Of a stretch of DNA of 64,000 nucleotides, positions 43,094 through 58,870 are shown piece after piece. A program made the position numbers and the translations under genes. Source of the stretch: the human T2T-CHM13v2.0 reference genome, Homo sapiens. The DNA is taken from NCBI RefSeq assembly GCF_009914755.1, contig NC_060925.1; one strand, written 5' to 3'. The notes under the pieces are model-generated. The model was not told the DNA's origin, did not search any database, and saw only the letters and a program-made list of their open reading frames with translations. How positions within the stretch are numbered: the stretch's first letter is position 1; each line of letters begins with the position of its first letter.

Positions 43094-43510
43094 TGTCTTA
43101 AACTGTTTTCTGTTGCGATAATAGAATACCTGAGAGTGGGTAACTTATTAAAAAGAGTTTTATTTAGCACTTGGTTCTGTTGGCTGGGAAATTCAGGATC
43201 AGGCAGCTGTATCTGGTGGGTTCTCATGACTGCCTCATGCTGCATCAAAACATCGTAGAGAAACAGAAGGGGACCGAGTTTGTGCAAACAAAAAGCGCAA
43301 AATAGAAGAGGCAGCACTGTTTTATAACAACTCACTCTCTTGGGAACTAACCATTCCCAGGAGAACCCAGTCTCAGTGTCAAGAGAAAGATGTTAATCCA
43401 TCTTAGCAACCTAATTACCTCTTAAAAGCAGCATCTCCCAACACTATTACATTGGCAATTGAACTACAACGTGAGTTTTGGAGGGGCCAAACAACATCCA
43501 AACCATAGCA
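43094..43510 (-). mobile_element. MST/MLT1A-type MaLR solo LTR
   Basis: TG...CA termini, perfect 5-bp TSD gcagg (43089-43093 / 43511-43515). Confidence 0.85.
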
Positions 43511-43785
43511 GCAGGTTTAAAGGTAAAAGGATGGGAGAAAAGTACACAGAAAGATATTCTGGAGAAAAGGCACAGAGTGAGCCAAGGCACAAGGTAAAAT
43601 GTTTGACTGGTTAGAGACGCTAGATTATTTTGTGTGGCTAAGACAAAACAAAGCTGGTGGGGAGTGGCAGGAGGTAAGTCTAGAATGGCACAATGGGGCC
43701 AGACTGCGAATGGCAAACTGAAGTATGTGATCTTTTATTCTAAAGAAAATGTAGTATGATTAGCACAAAAAAAAGAAAAATTATT

Positions 43786-44121
<336 letters not shown>

Positions 44122-47100
44122 TCAGTAAGGAGGGTACTCCAAGAATCCATGTTAAAGTTAATGAGGGCTTGAACCCAAACATAAAGGATGGAAATGATGT
44201 AATAAAATACCTTTTGAAAGTTATATTTAAAAATTTTTGGTGAATAGTCTAGTTAGAGGTGAAAGAAGAAAGCAGAGGAGTCTAATGCAATGCGTGACTT
44301 GTAGCTCAGGTAAAGGGGTGGCAGGTGACGCTTAAATACTAGAAATATAAGAAGCAGCACAGGTTTGGTTTTATCTTTGAGAACAATGGAGTGGAGGTAT
44401 GCTTTAGATGCAATTATTTATGGGATATTCAAAACAGATATATATGAAGCAAAAAACTTGGGCCCAAAAAACAAGTTTGAAGGTATATTTGGGAGTTACC
44501 AGTAATATAGGTAACTGTTGAAGCTCTAAATATAGAAGACAAACTAGAGGAGCTTGTTTCTTGAAGAATTCTTGTCACACTTGACATTTTTTACAGAGAT
44601 TTCTTAAAACAGGGGCATATCTTCTTTGGCTAACATATGCAGACTAAAATGAAAGAGTATAGTATATTATAAAATCAATAAAAGGTAAGATAAATTGAGG
44701 CCTAAAAATAAAGAATAAATACACTCAGTTGATTCTGAAGCTCTAATTTACAGATGCAAAATTGTACCAGTACATTAACTCATATGTCAAAACAACATCT
44801 AGAGAAACAAAAAATGAAAGTAAAATGGAAAAAGATAAAAGAAGTGAGGCAAGGAGAAGAGAATGGGCAAAAGGAGATAGGAAAAACAGGAATTTTTTTT
44901 TAAAGGGCTAAAATTTTAGTGAATCAGATGTGGAAAACAGTTGGATTAACATTGAGATCAAATGAGAAAGGAGCAAATAAGGAAAGATGTATTACAAACC
45001 AAGAGTAAAAAAGGGAAAACAAAATAACAAAAGCAAAAACTATTTAAAAAGAATAAAGGAAGATGTGATAATGAAGTAAATTTAAAAAGTACGGAATAAT
45101 AAAAAGAAATTGCAAAAAATACCTTTTGAAAATAAACATACTAATAACTTGACAATAAAGTGAAATGTGTAAGACAAACATATCTGTGTCATTATTTAGG
45201 AGTAGTGAAAAGTACTCTTAAATAATAATTTGGTATCTAGCAGGCCTGGATTTGAATCTACTTTAACTTGCTAGCTATGTGACCTTGGGCAAGCAAAGAA
45301 ACTCCTCATAACCATTGTAATAATACCACCAAAATGCCTTACACTTACGGCTCAAAAAATGAAGGAAATGAGAGAAAAAAGTATAGATTACTATATGGAA
45401 GTCAAATTTCTAGTGACTTTTCTAATCCAAACATGAATTGTTACAGTACTTGAAATAAACTTTATGAGAACTGAGTGACTACATTGCTTCAGATAGTTTT
45501 ATACTGCTAGGTCAACGCTGCCTGACAGTAATAAGAACAGGATGTGAGATTCAATATGCTCATTCTATCTCAAACTCTGTCACACATACAATGACTGCTA
45601 TTTACCTTCCTCCTGAGCCATCTGGGAAAAAACCAACCAACCAAACAAACAAAAGAAAAACCCACCAGGTAGGAGTCAGTTAGTTCTGCTAACTAACTAA
45701 CCAAAAACCTTAATTGTATGGCCACCAGCACCCTAGCCCTTTGTCATGAAAGCTACCAATAAGGTGGAAATTTAAAATATGAGATATTTCATTATACATG
45801 TTTTATTAAAACCTACATGTGCAGAAATGATTGTCCATTTTCCTTCTTAACTTGCTTTTGTAAGACTTATTAAGTAGAAAATATAAATCTCAAGCTCCTT
45901 AAATGTGATTTTGAGGAACTGAGACCAAAACAATTTTTTGCTGTGGAACCAGATCCTTGAATGCACTACAGGAAAATATTATTTGATATGAAATTTTTTT
46001 GGTACACACAATTTTTCAAAAATATATCTCTCTCCACAAAGTTAATTCAAATTGTAGAATTCTTCCAAGTCACAAATGGAGTTTTCAAGGCTCTGGGTAC
46101 TTACCTTTGAGTTCCACATCCTTTATCTCTGGAGCTCTTAACTGAGGGAACATGGACCATTAGGTCATGAACAGACTTTGTAGTCTTTGAACAGCCTGAA
46201 ACAGTATGTGATACTTGATGTGCATGTACACAGGAACATTTTTCTAGAGTAATGGCACATACCTTTCATCAGATTTTCAAAGGTTTCTCAAAATGCTCAA
46301 GAACCACTGTTAGATATTTAAATAACCAGAGTGTACAGTGTCCAAATATTTCCAAATTTTGACACTTGTAAGATATCTTAATTAAAACAAGCCATGAAGT
46401 TCAGCGTCACAATAACCAGAAAAGCACTTGTGAGAGTAGTTCTATGTCTTTACTTCCTAGTGGTTTACACACTCTTTAACCCATATGGCAATCTGGCTTC
46501 TGTCTCCGGTGCTCTGGAATTACTTCTGCCTGTATGATTAAGTTCCTCATTGTTAAATTTGAAAATACATTCTTTGGTATTTATTTGACCTCTTGGTGGT
46601 AATATAGTGTAAGAGCACAGACTCTGGAGCCAAACTGCCTAGGTTCAAATCTTAGCTCTATTACTTTCTAACTCTGTGACTTTGGGCAAATGACTTAACT
46701 CTCTCATGCCTCAAAGCAGAATCCTTTGTAAGGTTTATTTATATAGTGGTGTAAAGAGTACTTACTTCAAAAGCTTTGGTCAGTGTGAGAAATAAGCTCC
46801 TAACAAAGAAAGTGTTATGTAATAGTTATTATCTGGTACCTCTGATCACATCATTTTTGAAAATCACTTGAAATCTGCCTAAGTTTCATTCTGCCTTTGA
46901 TGGCTCCTTATTTTCATCTCCCTACTTCAGGCTTCCTCCCTAATATATCTTTTATGCCAATATTATGATCACTTGAAACTATAAATCTGATGCCATCCTT
47001 GGCCACTACCATTAAGATGGTCTAAACTCCTCAGCATGATAGACAAGTCCCTTTATGATAGTGTACCCATCTAGTTCTCATTCCTCAAGTCTCCTCTGTT

Positions 47101-48413
47101 GTCTATGCTTACCCTATGGGCTAAGCTGAATCAAGCTGTTACATTTCCAAAACATGCCTCACTGTCTTTATTCATGCCTTTGCACATGCCATTGACTCTT
47201 CCTAGAATGCCCCATTCTCCTTCTCTAGAAAGTCTTCTCTTAACATACTTCTTCCCAAAATAAATTAGGTGTCCTTTCTTAATATGCCTCCAATAACCCC
47301 ATACAGTATTTATCCCATTCTATTTTAGATGCCAGTTTGGTTGATGATACATTTCATCTAGTCAGATCTTCCCACTGCCTCTTATAAAGAAAACCAGGAG
47401 CCATATTATGATATTCTTGTTCTCTAATTTTTCTGCTGCCCTGATCTTAAACCACTTTCTTCTCCCTTTGTTGACAATTACCCCACCCCTTATTTCTTAA
47501 TTAGCTCAACAAGATTAGATAGAAATGTATCTACAAAGGATATATGTATATAAATTAACTAGATAACAAAACTTCACACTGAAGTGAACATTCTACAAGT
47601 ATTTCTTTCATTGCTGACCATTAGGTTGCAGCATGCAACTCTCAACAATGAGCTGCCCCTCTCCACTCCTATAGAAGCTCCAAATACTATGGTACCACTA
47701 TGTAGGTTTTCAGCCTTTCAAAGGCTTTTATTATGAACATCATCATTACTTCAGCAGGAGCCTTTTAGGGACTTAAAAGCACTGATTATCTATAAAAAGT
47801 AACTTCATATTTCATGCACAAAATTCCCAATTGGCAGATTTAGGTCCATAAAAGAAAGGAAAAAAATTATTCTAGCTATATAAATTATCAGGAATAAAAT
47901 AGCATTTCTCCTTGCCTTGTTATAAGGAAATAATATATTTTTCCTTACCAGGAATCAGGATAGTATCTTTGATGATCCCTCAGGGTTATAAAATTGCTTA
48001 CTGGTTAAAGTTTTTTGCCAAAGATATTAAGAAATAAAAAGTTCGCTCATTTTCCTGTGCAATTTAAAGAAATATTTGCAGTATGTACAGGAATTTTAAG
48101 TTATATTGCAGACCCTGGCAATAATATTTAAAAGGCCTATTTTCCCCATTAAAAAATTTACCCCATTAAAAAAGGTAAAAGGAAATCTCCATCATCCCTG
48201 AGCAGAAAAGGAAAAAATCATGGGTACTTTAATTAGTTAATAGAAACCACTGTAAATGAGTTATCTATCTCCAGAACATTCTCAGAGAATTTACACGAAC
48301 TAAAACAGGAATGAAGTGCTCTCAGAGACTTTTTCTCAGGTAAATGTATTTAGTAGTTTGAGTAGTTGATCTGCAGAAACTTTAACTTTAATTAACTACA
48401 TAGATGAATATTT

Positions 48414-48419
48414 TTTATT
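48414..48419 (-). terminator. Candidate proximal poly(A) signal of SEC22B copy
   Basis: AATAAA on minus strand ~1.0 kb after the stop; other candidates exist further left. Confidence 0.4.
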
Positions 48420-49434
48420 TTGAAATTTGAGAATGTCCTAAGAGGATGTCTACAGGATATGAAACTACTGGGTGCAGGAAAATTTTTTAAGTGTTAGCAA
48501 ATTGTGGCAAGAGGAAAACAAACAGCGGAGAAAACTGTGGTAGAGAAAGTAAAGAAGGGGCAGGAGAAAGCTGTAATTATAACCTGGGCCTGCCTTTGTT
48601 CTCATGAAGCCAGGGGCCTCTCCATATCCTATACTTGCTCTTACACTAATAACAAACCAAATGCTGCAAAATAAAAGTAATAATGACCCAAACTAATTTA
48701 AGTCTTTTGTTTAAGGAGTAAATGAGAGAAACATTTTAGCTTCTTAATCAAGGAGTGCTATAATTTCAAGGCATCTTAATATAATTCACTTACCCTAAAG
48801 CAATTGTGCAATAAGCAAATTATAAAAGGAAAACAACAAAGGTTAACTTTCTACAGGGGCCAATAGACAAGATCTGTGGAGCACAGCAATTAACTTTCAC
48901 ATACTGGAGTCTTGTTTAAAAGGCCATCAAAAACTCAGATTACTGAAAATCACAAATGTCACCAACAAAAGGAATGTTGATTAGAGTCAAAAAAAAAAAA
49001 AAAACAAAAAAACAAAAAAAAAAACACCTTCCCAAAGGACTGCCTTCTTTGAAGGAATTTCAGAATGTTGCTAGCACAGGTTGACTAAGTTAAATCTCAT
49101 TGATGGCTCCATCAGAGAATGAGAATGCCCCAGCCAGTGCTGTTTTTAAAATGCACTGGGAGGGAAAAAACGAAATAACAATCTACTATTCCCTAATATA
49201 TATGGCTTGGCACCCAGAGAAAGCCTCTGCCCCCGAAAGAGACTTTCTACATAGGGTTAAGCTTCATTAAATGAGGTGCAACCTTTCATTTTCAGGACAT
49301 CTCTTTTCTTGCAAGGTCTTTAGAGGCAGAAGTTCCACTTGGATTCTAATACACATCTCTGTGAGCTCAGTTTCCTGAAAATATACACCTACTGGGTTCT
49401 AGGTTCTCCCTTACCAGTGACTGTATTCATTATT

Positions 49435-49589
49435 TCACAGCCACCAGAATCGGACATACACTATTAACATGATGAAAAATACAGCTACTGCTGCAAGTTT
49501 GGCATAAGTGGAATGCATGTTCAAGTACTTCGCATCCTGGCGGTATTTCTTGGACAGACTGGACAAATTGTTAGCCTTTGAATCCAATG
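49435..49589 (-). pseudogene. SEC22B: SEC22B-copy exon 5 coding part ([28 protein letters not shown] + TM anchor ...RFWWL*)
   Basis: tttgacag acceptor, TGA at 49435-49437; matches ORF 49435..49695 C-terminus. Confidence 0.95.
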
Positions 49590-51543
49590 CTGTCAAAGAG
49601 GAAAAAAGGAAAACATTAATTAGTCCCTGGAAGTATTTTACCGAAAGTATTAAGGCATTAAAAATAACCAAAATGAGCAGCACTGCAACAACCATGAATC
49701 TTAAATCATCATTTTTATTTTGAGGCTAACATTGCATATACTAATTAACTGATGATGCTGATCAGATTATGTCTGAATTTTTGAGGCTATATAGTAAGGT
49801 GGTTAGAAGTGCAGGTTCTGGCCTCAGACTCTTTGGTTCAGATATCACCTGTACAAGTTATGTGACATTGGTCAAGTCATGTAACCTATTTAAAACCTAG
49901 TTTCTTCATCTATAATTGGGGATAATAACAGTAACTATGTCATAAAGTTGTATGTACATGAGATTGCCTGTAAAGTGAGCAACAATGCCTGCACATGATA
50001 AATTATAATAATTATTACATGTTAATAATTATTATCTTCATAATCTTCTAATGGTCTGAATCATATTCTCTTATATTTTGAAAAACGATAATGATAATCC
50101 ATGTAAAACAAACTCAGATAACCAGAAAATTCAATTAACCAAACACAGTCTTAAGCTATACTTCAATGATGACTGCTAACATTTCTAAGATTCTCCACAT
50201 AGTAGAGACTACTATGAAGTTAAAGCTATCAGGATTTATATTTCAATAGACATAGGAAAGTTGTAACTAAAATACAATAAGTACTACAAAAAAAAACGCA
50301 AGTAAATTAAGCTTTTTAGTATTTTCTGGCAAGTTTTTTCACCCCCAAGGACATTTGTAATGTTGTTATCTTCTTATAACAGTTAACTAAACACTTAGAG
50401 AAATAGCCAGATAGACACAAGCTAGACCATATTAAAATATAGGGCATATTTTAATAATAAACACAAACTCTCCATTTGACATAATAAATTCTGATCAAAC
50501 TTTTCACTTCTTGAAATTTCAGAAAAAACTATTTTGCAATCCGGCTGTTTCTTCCTTAAAGAATGCTTTTGGAATATTTGGAGTTGCTTAATAGAGACTG
50601 GTTTTGATTGGGAAACATGGCGTTACTTAATAACACAGGCATGACAGCCACGTCTGAATTAGCAACTGATCACATGAGTAAGAAAAACATCTAGTGACGG
50701 AAGAAGAGTCAGGGACTGAGAAATAACCATGACAATGCACAGGGCATCTTTTTACAGAGCCTACAAGAATATACACTTCACTGGACAGGGATTTTAAATT
50801 ATTGTGTTTGCTGCTATATCCTGAATGCCCAGAACAGGGCCTGGTATATAGTTAGTGCTCAATAAACATTTGCTAAATGAATCTAAATCTGCTGAGAATA
50901 ACTCAGCAGAGGAACAATTATTAGACCCTATGAAACAAGTCATAGTTGAGAGAATTTATATATGAACGTTTTGAAATACAGGATAACATAAAGACAAAGC
51001 TATTGCTTGGAGAAGTCATTTAACAAATATTTATGTGACAGGCACCATGTGAAGTGCTGAGGATACAACAGTGATCAAAATATACATGATCCCTGCCTTT
51101 AAGGAATTTAGAGTCTTGCATGAGTGATACAAGAAAAATTCCTGTGCTAGTCTACTTTATCCCATATAGGAATTGCAAGTCTGTATGACAAAACCTTACA
51201 CACTCACTCACTCAAAATTTGGTATTTAAAGAGTGTGAAGGTAAATGAATAACTGCTCACTACTCAAAAAAAGGTTAAAGTTTGTAGTTCATAATAAAAG
51301 AAAACTCACTTACTAATGAATATATAGCATGGCTGAATTCAAAAATACTTATTAAGGAACCTATTTGTGACCATTTCTGTGGGGGATATATAAGGAGTAT
51401 GTGAAACAGATATAAAATACATAAGCACTATCTTTAAAGAGCTTACATGTCCACATTAAACACTTAGGTAATATTGAAATATCAGGTAAATATACATATA
51501 CTTTTAACCTAATTTTACCTAATTACCTACACTTTTAAAATTA

Positions 51544-51864
<321 letters not shown>

Positions 51865-52804
51865 TTAATTATCCAAATATGTTTGCCTACTTTAATATAA
51901 ATATATGAAACATATACTTATGTTATATGGAAATATATTTAATATATATTAAATATATATTTAATATGGTAAGAGGTATTTAATAAATATATTTAAGGTA
52001 AATTAGGTAAACACACATACATGTAATATGTGCTAAAACCATTATGTTACTAAGTGCTTTAGGAGTTTAAAGGACAGAAGAGATTAATGTGATACAGGCT
52101 ATAAGGATCAGAGAAAGGTTCTTTAAAGAGACAGTTCTTATGGAGGTCTTACATACAGAACAGGTCCAGCATAAGGCAGTATTCTGTTCTAAGGACCACT
52201 AAGGATAGTAAAGAAGCTGGTGTGGCTACAGAAGAATGTTTGTGAACTAGAGAATGACAGACATTTGCATCTTCCTTATTTTCCATATGTAGAGCACAAC
52301 GCCTTACAAATAACAAGCTCTCAATAACAATGGCTGACTGACGGAAAAATAAGTCAGACTGGATCTTATCTTGTAGTCCCAGATTTAAAAGTTTTTCAGA
52401 GAGGAATGCTTTGATGAAAATGGCATTTTATAAAGATTGATCTGGCAGCAGTAAAGTCTCCCAAAGAGGCTACTCAAAAAACCACTGCAATACATTCTTG
52501 AGTTTTCTCTCATTCATTTCCCTTAATTTATACAAGTTATATAATTTAATTAATTTTGTGAATATCTTAGAAATAATCATTGCTTCTAATATGGATGAGT
52601 CCTTTACACTGTTCCAACTCAACAAAAACTAATCATGCTAGGAAAAAAAATATATTGGAAGCATTGTAATGTAATGTACTTCTGGGAGATAAATTCTTAA
52701 CAGTTCTAGGTAGAATCTAATAGCATAAAAGGCACTGCAAAATAAGCTATCCTTGTCTATGGAATGAGAACCATTTCTTCATAAGACTCATTGCTTTTAG
52801 ATAC

Positions 52805-52951
52805 CTGAGAGTGCTTCTCCTCGTTGTAACACTTCTTCGATATTGGCCACCATGATCCTCTGCACATCTTGCAATTCAGTGTTGATGGAGCCTAGGTTTC
52901 TTCGAGCACAACTGTCAATGTAGAGCTTCTTGGTTTTCTGAATGAAAGTAT
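52805..52951 (-). pseudogene. SEC22B: SEC22B-copy exon 4 ([48 protein letters not shown]; R-SNARE motif)
   Basis: ttctag acceptor, G/gtat donor, open frame. Confidence 0.95.
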
Positions 52952-53028
52952 CTAGAATGATGAAGAAAACTGACCATTTCTTTCATGGCCATCAAAGTAC
53001 TGAGGTAGGAAATTAAAAGTTCTGAGTT

Positions 53029-53332
53029 GGCCAGGCACGGTGGCTCACACCTGTAATCCCAGCACTTTGGGAGGCCAAGGCAGGTGAATCATGAGGTCAG
53101 GAAATCGAGACCATCCTGGCTAACACAGTGAAACCCCGTCTCTACTAAAAATATAAAAAGTTAGCCAGGCGTGGCGGCACACGCCTATAATCCCAGCTAC
53201 TCAGGAGGCTGAGCCAGGAGAATCACTTGAACTTGGGAGGCAGAGGTTGCACTGAGCTGAGATCACACCACCACACTTTAGCCTGGGTGACAGAGCAAGA
53301 CTCTGTCTCAAAAACAAAAACAAAAAAACCAA
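53029..53332 (+). mobile_element. AluSc/Y-like in SEC22B intron 3
   Basis: Dimeric Alu, agttctg flanks. Confidence 0.9.
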
Positions 53333-53831
53333 AACAGTTCTGTCTTTATTCCTGGATTTGCCACTGTCCATGGTTAACCAAACTCTTGGTTGAATATCAA
53401 AATCTAGGCTTTGATTATTTCATTTGTAAGATGTAAAGGTATAATTAGACGACCATTCAGGAGAAATGTCCTTTGAATACCTTTAAATTAGAAGTATTTG
53501 CTATCTAAGGCTGCTATCAGAATCCTTAGAGAAATTAAGACCCACTATAGTAAGCCTTTCCTGAAAACAGAAATTTTCAAACAGTATTCTGAGGACCCTT
53601 AGGCTAAGTGTTACTTACCTCTACACATTCCTTAAAAGGATGCTGGTAACACTCTAGCATTATTACAGCCTAACATGGCAAAAGGGCTCATGATCATTAA
53701 AAAGCTGAGAAACTTTACCTTATTTTCTCTAATATACATTCCCAGTTTCATTCCATTCTTAAACCTCAGGTAAAGCAAGTATGTAATAGGGAGTTTTCCA
53801 AAATACCAATATAAAACTGAACTGAAGTCTC

Positions 53832-54148
53832 GGCCAGGTACTGTGTCTCACACGTATAAATCCCAGCATTTTGGGAGGCCAAGATGGGTGGATCACTTGA
53901 GGCCAGGAATTCGAGACCAGCCTGGCCAACAAGGCAAAACTCCCATCTCTACCAAAATTACCGAAATTAGCTAGCTGGTCATGGCAGCGTGCACCTCTAG
54001 TCCCAGCTATTCAGGAGGCTGAGGCACAAGAATCACTTGAACCTAGGAGGCAGAGGTTGCAGTTAGCCAAAATCATGCCACTGCACCCCAGCCTGGGCAA
54101 TAGAGCGAGACTCTGTCTCTAAGTAAATAAATAAATAAATAAATAAAA
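53832..54148 (+). mobile_element. AluS-like
   Basis: TSD aactgaagtctc; (TAAA)n tail. Confidence 0.9.
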
Positions 54149-54254
54149 ACTGAAGTCTCATCCATCTTTTGCTCATATCAGTATTTCTCAAAACTATAGG
54201 AAGAACGACTTATTATTAAAGATATTTTCAACTTTTGGCAAAAATCTTAATTTA

Positions 54255-54737
54255 AGTGTGCTGTACCCCTTTCATTTGCCTCTTTAGATCTCCTCTCTGC
54301 CCTCCTGCACCTTGCTTTCTGCACTGGGAAGCTGACTTGGATGAAGCGCCTCAATAGACTCCTTGCTCTGTGCCAGTTAGGTTCAGGCAATGAAGAAGCC
54401 CCAACAGTAGGGAAGAAGGAGAACAGACAGTGAGTGATGTCCGGGTATTTATTCCCCTGGCTTCTTTCAGAGAAGGAAATAACCTTCTTCTGGAAGTATC
54501 CCTCTACCAAAAGTTACGCTCCTCTCAAGTTGGCCTTCTCTAGAAATTTTCTCCTTTTCAGTTTCAGAAACTGCTCCTCCCCCTTATACATTCAGGCCTA
54601 GGGATGGTAACAACCAGTATGCTACTGGTCAGAGGTTACTGTACCTTGTAATTCTCCTACAGCCTAGTCATATCTTTGTATATAATCCCTTAAGCTAATT
54701 TGGGTGTGCCATCTGTTTCCTGTATGACCCTGATACA
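54255..54737 (+). mobile_element. ERVL-type LTR remnant (LTR33/41-like)
   Basis: Ends gtgtgccatctgtttcctg..gaccctgataca. Confidence 0.5.
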
Positions 54738-55635
54738 TTTGTCTTCTTTTTGAGGGAGGTTTATGGGAGTATTACTGTCTATAAAAATAAAATTTGAAAA
54801 ACTGGACATTATATAAAGCAGCACTTGGAGAGTATATAGTTATGAAACACTAGAGTGTTTTTCCAAAGCAAGATGACCCATTTATCTAGCAAACTTGAAA
54901 CACTTCAAAAATTCTAAGCCAGTAAAACCAATTTCTCTTTTAACTAAAAATTGCAGCGATATAGCCTGATCCTACTTGTTCTCACTCCCTGTACTTACTG
55001 TACTTAGGACATTTCCTTTGATCCCTTACCATCAGATACTTTACCAGGTCTGATTAGTAATTGGTCTTTCTATAATTCTTGTACAAATACAGACACCTAT
55101 GCTCACCATTCCTGAATGTAGTAAATATTATACCCCAATACCATGAGTACCAGGTATCTTCTATTTCTTTGTTCTGTTTTGTTTTTTTAATTAGAGGATC
55201 TTATTCTACTAAAAGAAACAAAACATCATTCTTTCTGATTTCCCAATTCTGATCTCCATAAAATGAGCCTTATTGTGAGTGTGAGTCTGTGGACTGGGGT
55301 AAAGAAGAACTCAGCCATTATATGCCAATCAAGTAGATCTTTAGCAAAGTTCCTGTCACATGTGACTCTAAAGAAGAATCAAACCAAATAACAGAAAGGG
55401 CAAAAGGCAACAATTTCTATGGGGGAAAGATCAAAAGACTAGAGAAAATTACTTTTCAGAACAAAGCCTTAGTCACTCAAAAAGACAAAAAGAAGTGGAA
55501 TGGAAAAGGAAGCAGAAGCTAAAACTTCAGCAAGTAAACATCAGAAAAAATGTATAAATATTATATCAGTGTAACAAATAGCTTCTCCATATTGTTTGCT
55601 CCCTTGATAGAGAGAAGTGAGGGGCAAAAACTTAC

Positions 55636-55796
55636 CAAATTCAATAAAGGAATAGGGTCGGGACACAGTGGGCACCTTCTTTCCATGCTGTTCATCAAAT
55701 TCTGAGTGCAAATCTTCTAGGTAGGCAAAAGCCAACGTCTTAGGGAAGGCAGCTTCACATAAAACCAAATCACACACCCCCTGCTCAATAATGTAG
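55636..55796 (-). pseudogene. SEC22B: SEC22B-copy exon 3 (longin domain, [25 protein letters not shown]...SFIEF)
   Basis: caccag acceptor, G/gtaag donor; matches core of ORF 55541..55822. Confidence 0.95.
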
Positions 55797-55914
55797 CTGG
55801 TGAGACATAAAAAGCAAGACAAAGTTGTCTGTAAAGTAATAGCACTGACAACAGTTTAAAGCAGAATCTCTGTACCATGCAAACTTTTTTAAAAATCTAG
55901 CCTAAATACTTTGA

Positions 55915-56319
<405 letters not shown>

Positions 56320-56387
56320 TATTAGCCGTATATTCTAAAAGGAGTATTTAGACATATTTATTATAATTTTTCATCCATTAGATTCTC

Positions 56388-56700
56388 TTTTTTTTTTTTT
56401 TTTTTTTTTTTGAGACAGGGCTCTTTCGATCACCCAGATTACCCAGGCTGGAATGCAGTGGCATGATCTCAGTTACAGCAATCTCCGCCTCCCAGGTTCA
56501 GGTGATTCTCACGCCTCAGCTTCACAAATAGCTGGGATTACAGACACCCACCACCACACCCAGCTAATTTTTGTATTTTTAGTAGAGATGGGGTTTCACC
56601 ATTTTGGCCAGGCTGGTCTGAAACTCGTGACCTCAATCGATCCACCCAATTCAGTCTCCCAAAGTGCTGAGATTACAGGTGTAAGCCACTGGACCCAGCC
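56388..56700 (-). mobile_element. AluS-like
   Basis: Antisense Alu with long T tail. Confidence 0.9.
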
Positions 56701-56724
56701 CATTACACAATTCTTCAACTAACA

Positions 56725-57555
56725 TTTTAAACTTTTATTTTAGCTTGAGGATGTATATGTGCGGGTTTGTTACCTGGGTATATTGCATAATGCCGAGGTT
56801 TGGGGTACAAACAATCCCGTCACCCAAGTACTAAGCATACTACCTAATAGTTTTTCAACCCCTGCCCCCTCCTTCCCTCCTCTTCTAGTAAGTCCTCAGT
56901 ATATTTATGTCCATGAGTGCCCAATGTTTAGCTTATAAACTTATAAATGAGAATATACAGTATTTAGTTTTCTGTTCCTGCATTAATTCACTTAGGTAAT
57001 GACTTCCAGCTCCATCCATGTTGCTGCAAAAGACATGATTTCATTTCTTTTTATGACTGCATAGTATTCCATACTGAATATATACTACGTTTTCTTTATC
57101 CAATCCACCACTAACATGTACCTAGTTGATATCTTTGCTATTGTGAATAGTGCTGCAATGAATATGCAAGTGCATGATTTTTGGTAGAAAGATTTGTTTC
57201 CTTTTGGATATAAACCCATTAATGGGTTTGCTGGGTCTAATGGTAGTTCTGTTTTAAGTTCTTTGAAAAATCTCTAAACTGCTTTCCACAGTGGCTGAAT
57301 TTACATTCCCACGAACAGTGTATAAGCAATTCCTTTTTCTCCACAGCCTCATCAGCATCTGTTGTTTTCTGACTTTTTAATAATAGCCCTGTGACTGTTG
57401 TGAGATGGTATCTTATTGTGGTTTTGATTTGCATTTCTCCAATAATTAGTGATGTGCATTTTTTCATTAGTTTGCTAGCCTCTAGTATGTTTTGAGAAAT
57501 ATCTGCTCATGTCTTTTGTCCATTTTTTAAATGGGGTTATTTGTTTTTTGCTTAA
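56725..57555 (-). mobile_element. L1P 3' fragment
   Basis: L1 3'UTR/ORF2 end (EMQIKTTIRYHLT). Confidence 0.85.
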
Positions 57556-58060
57556 TACTTAAGACTTTTTCCTGAAAAATTCAGAGTTGTGACTCCATCC
57601 ACCCTTTGATTCTATATGGTAAACTAGCATACACATATTTAAACTCTTTCCAGCCACAAAGGAAAACACTGTAACTGGAAATTTCTGTGGATAGAAATGT
57701 AAGGTTAATGACATAATGTTTACTGGGTACAAGACTAATAAGACTCCTTAATTTACAGTCCAGGAGGACTCTGTAATCAACTGGAAACTTTTCAACAATG
57801 GAACTGACTTTCTTTTGTGATGATGAGCGCCCATGCACTCTGGAAGGGGCTATATGATTACACATCTGAGAAATTCTTAGAAAAATGTTAGGCTACTAAG
57901 TGGTTTTCCAACTTCTTTTTAGCCATAGTATACACACACACACATGCAAATATATATATTTATATATGGAATATGTATATATAACAAGCAAAACTTATAT
58001 TCAGAAGGCCAATGTATATATCAGATAAAATCAGAGGTTCTTTAGTTTAAGTAGGAGTTT

Positions 58061-58836
58061 GCAAATATTTTCTCCCATTGTGCAAGTTGTCTCTTCACTG
58101 TGTTGTTTCCTTTGCTGTGCAGAAGCTTTTAGTTTAATACAGTCCCATTTGTCTACTTTCTTTTCTGTTGCCTATGCTTTGAAGTCTTTTCCATAAAGTC
58201 TTCGCCCAGGTTCATGTCCTGAAGCATTTCCCCTATGTTTTCTTCTAGTAGTTTTATAGTTTAGGGTCTTATGCTTAAGTCTTTAATCTACTTTAAGTTG
58301 ATTTTTGTATATGATGAGATAGGGATCTAGTTTCATTCATCTGATGAGGAACTAATATCCAGAACATACGAGGAACTCAAACAACTCAACAGCAAAACCA
58401 AAAATAATTCAATTAAAAAGTAGGCAAGGAACAGAATTGACATTTCTCAAAAGACATGCGAATGGCCAAGTATATGAAAAAATGCTCAACATCACTAATC
58501 TTCAGGTAAATGCAAATAAAAACCACAACGACATATTATTTCACCCCAGTTAAAATGTCTATTAAAAAGACAAAAGTCAATAAATGCTGTTGAGGATGAA
58601 GAGAAAAGAGAACTTTTATACACTATGGAAAACAGTATGGAGGTTTCTCAAAAAACTAAAAACAGAACTACCATACAATCTAGCAATCCCACTGCTGGGT
58701 ATTTCTCCAAAGGAAAAAAACTCATTATGTTAAAAACTTATCTGTACCCCCATGTTTACGGCAGCACCATTCATAATATCTATGGATAGATAATCAAGAG
58801 AAATGTCCATCAAGAGAATAATGGATTTTAAAAGTG

Positions 58837-58870
<34 letters not shown>
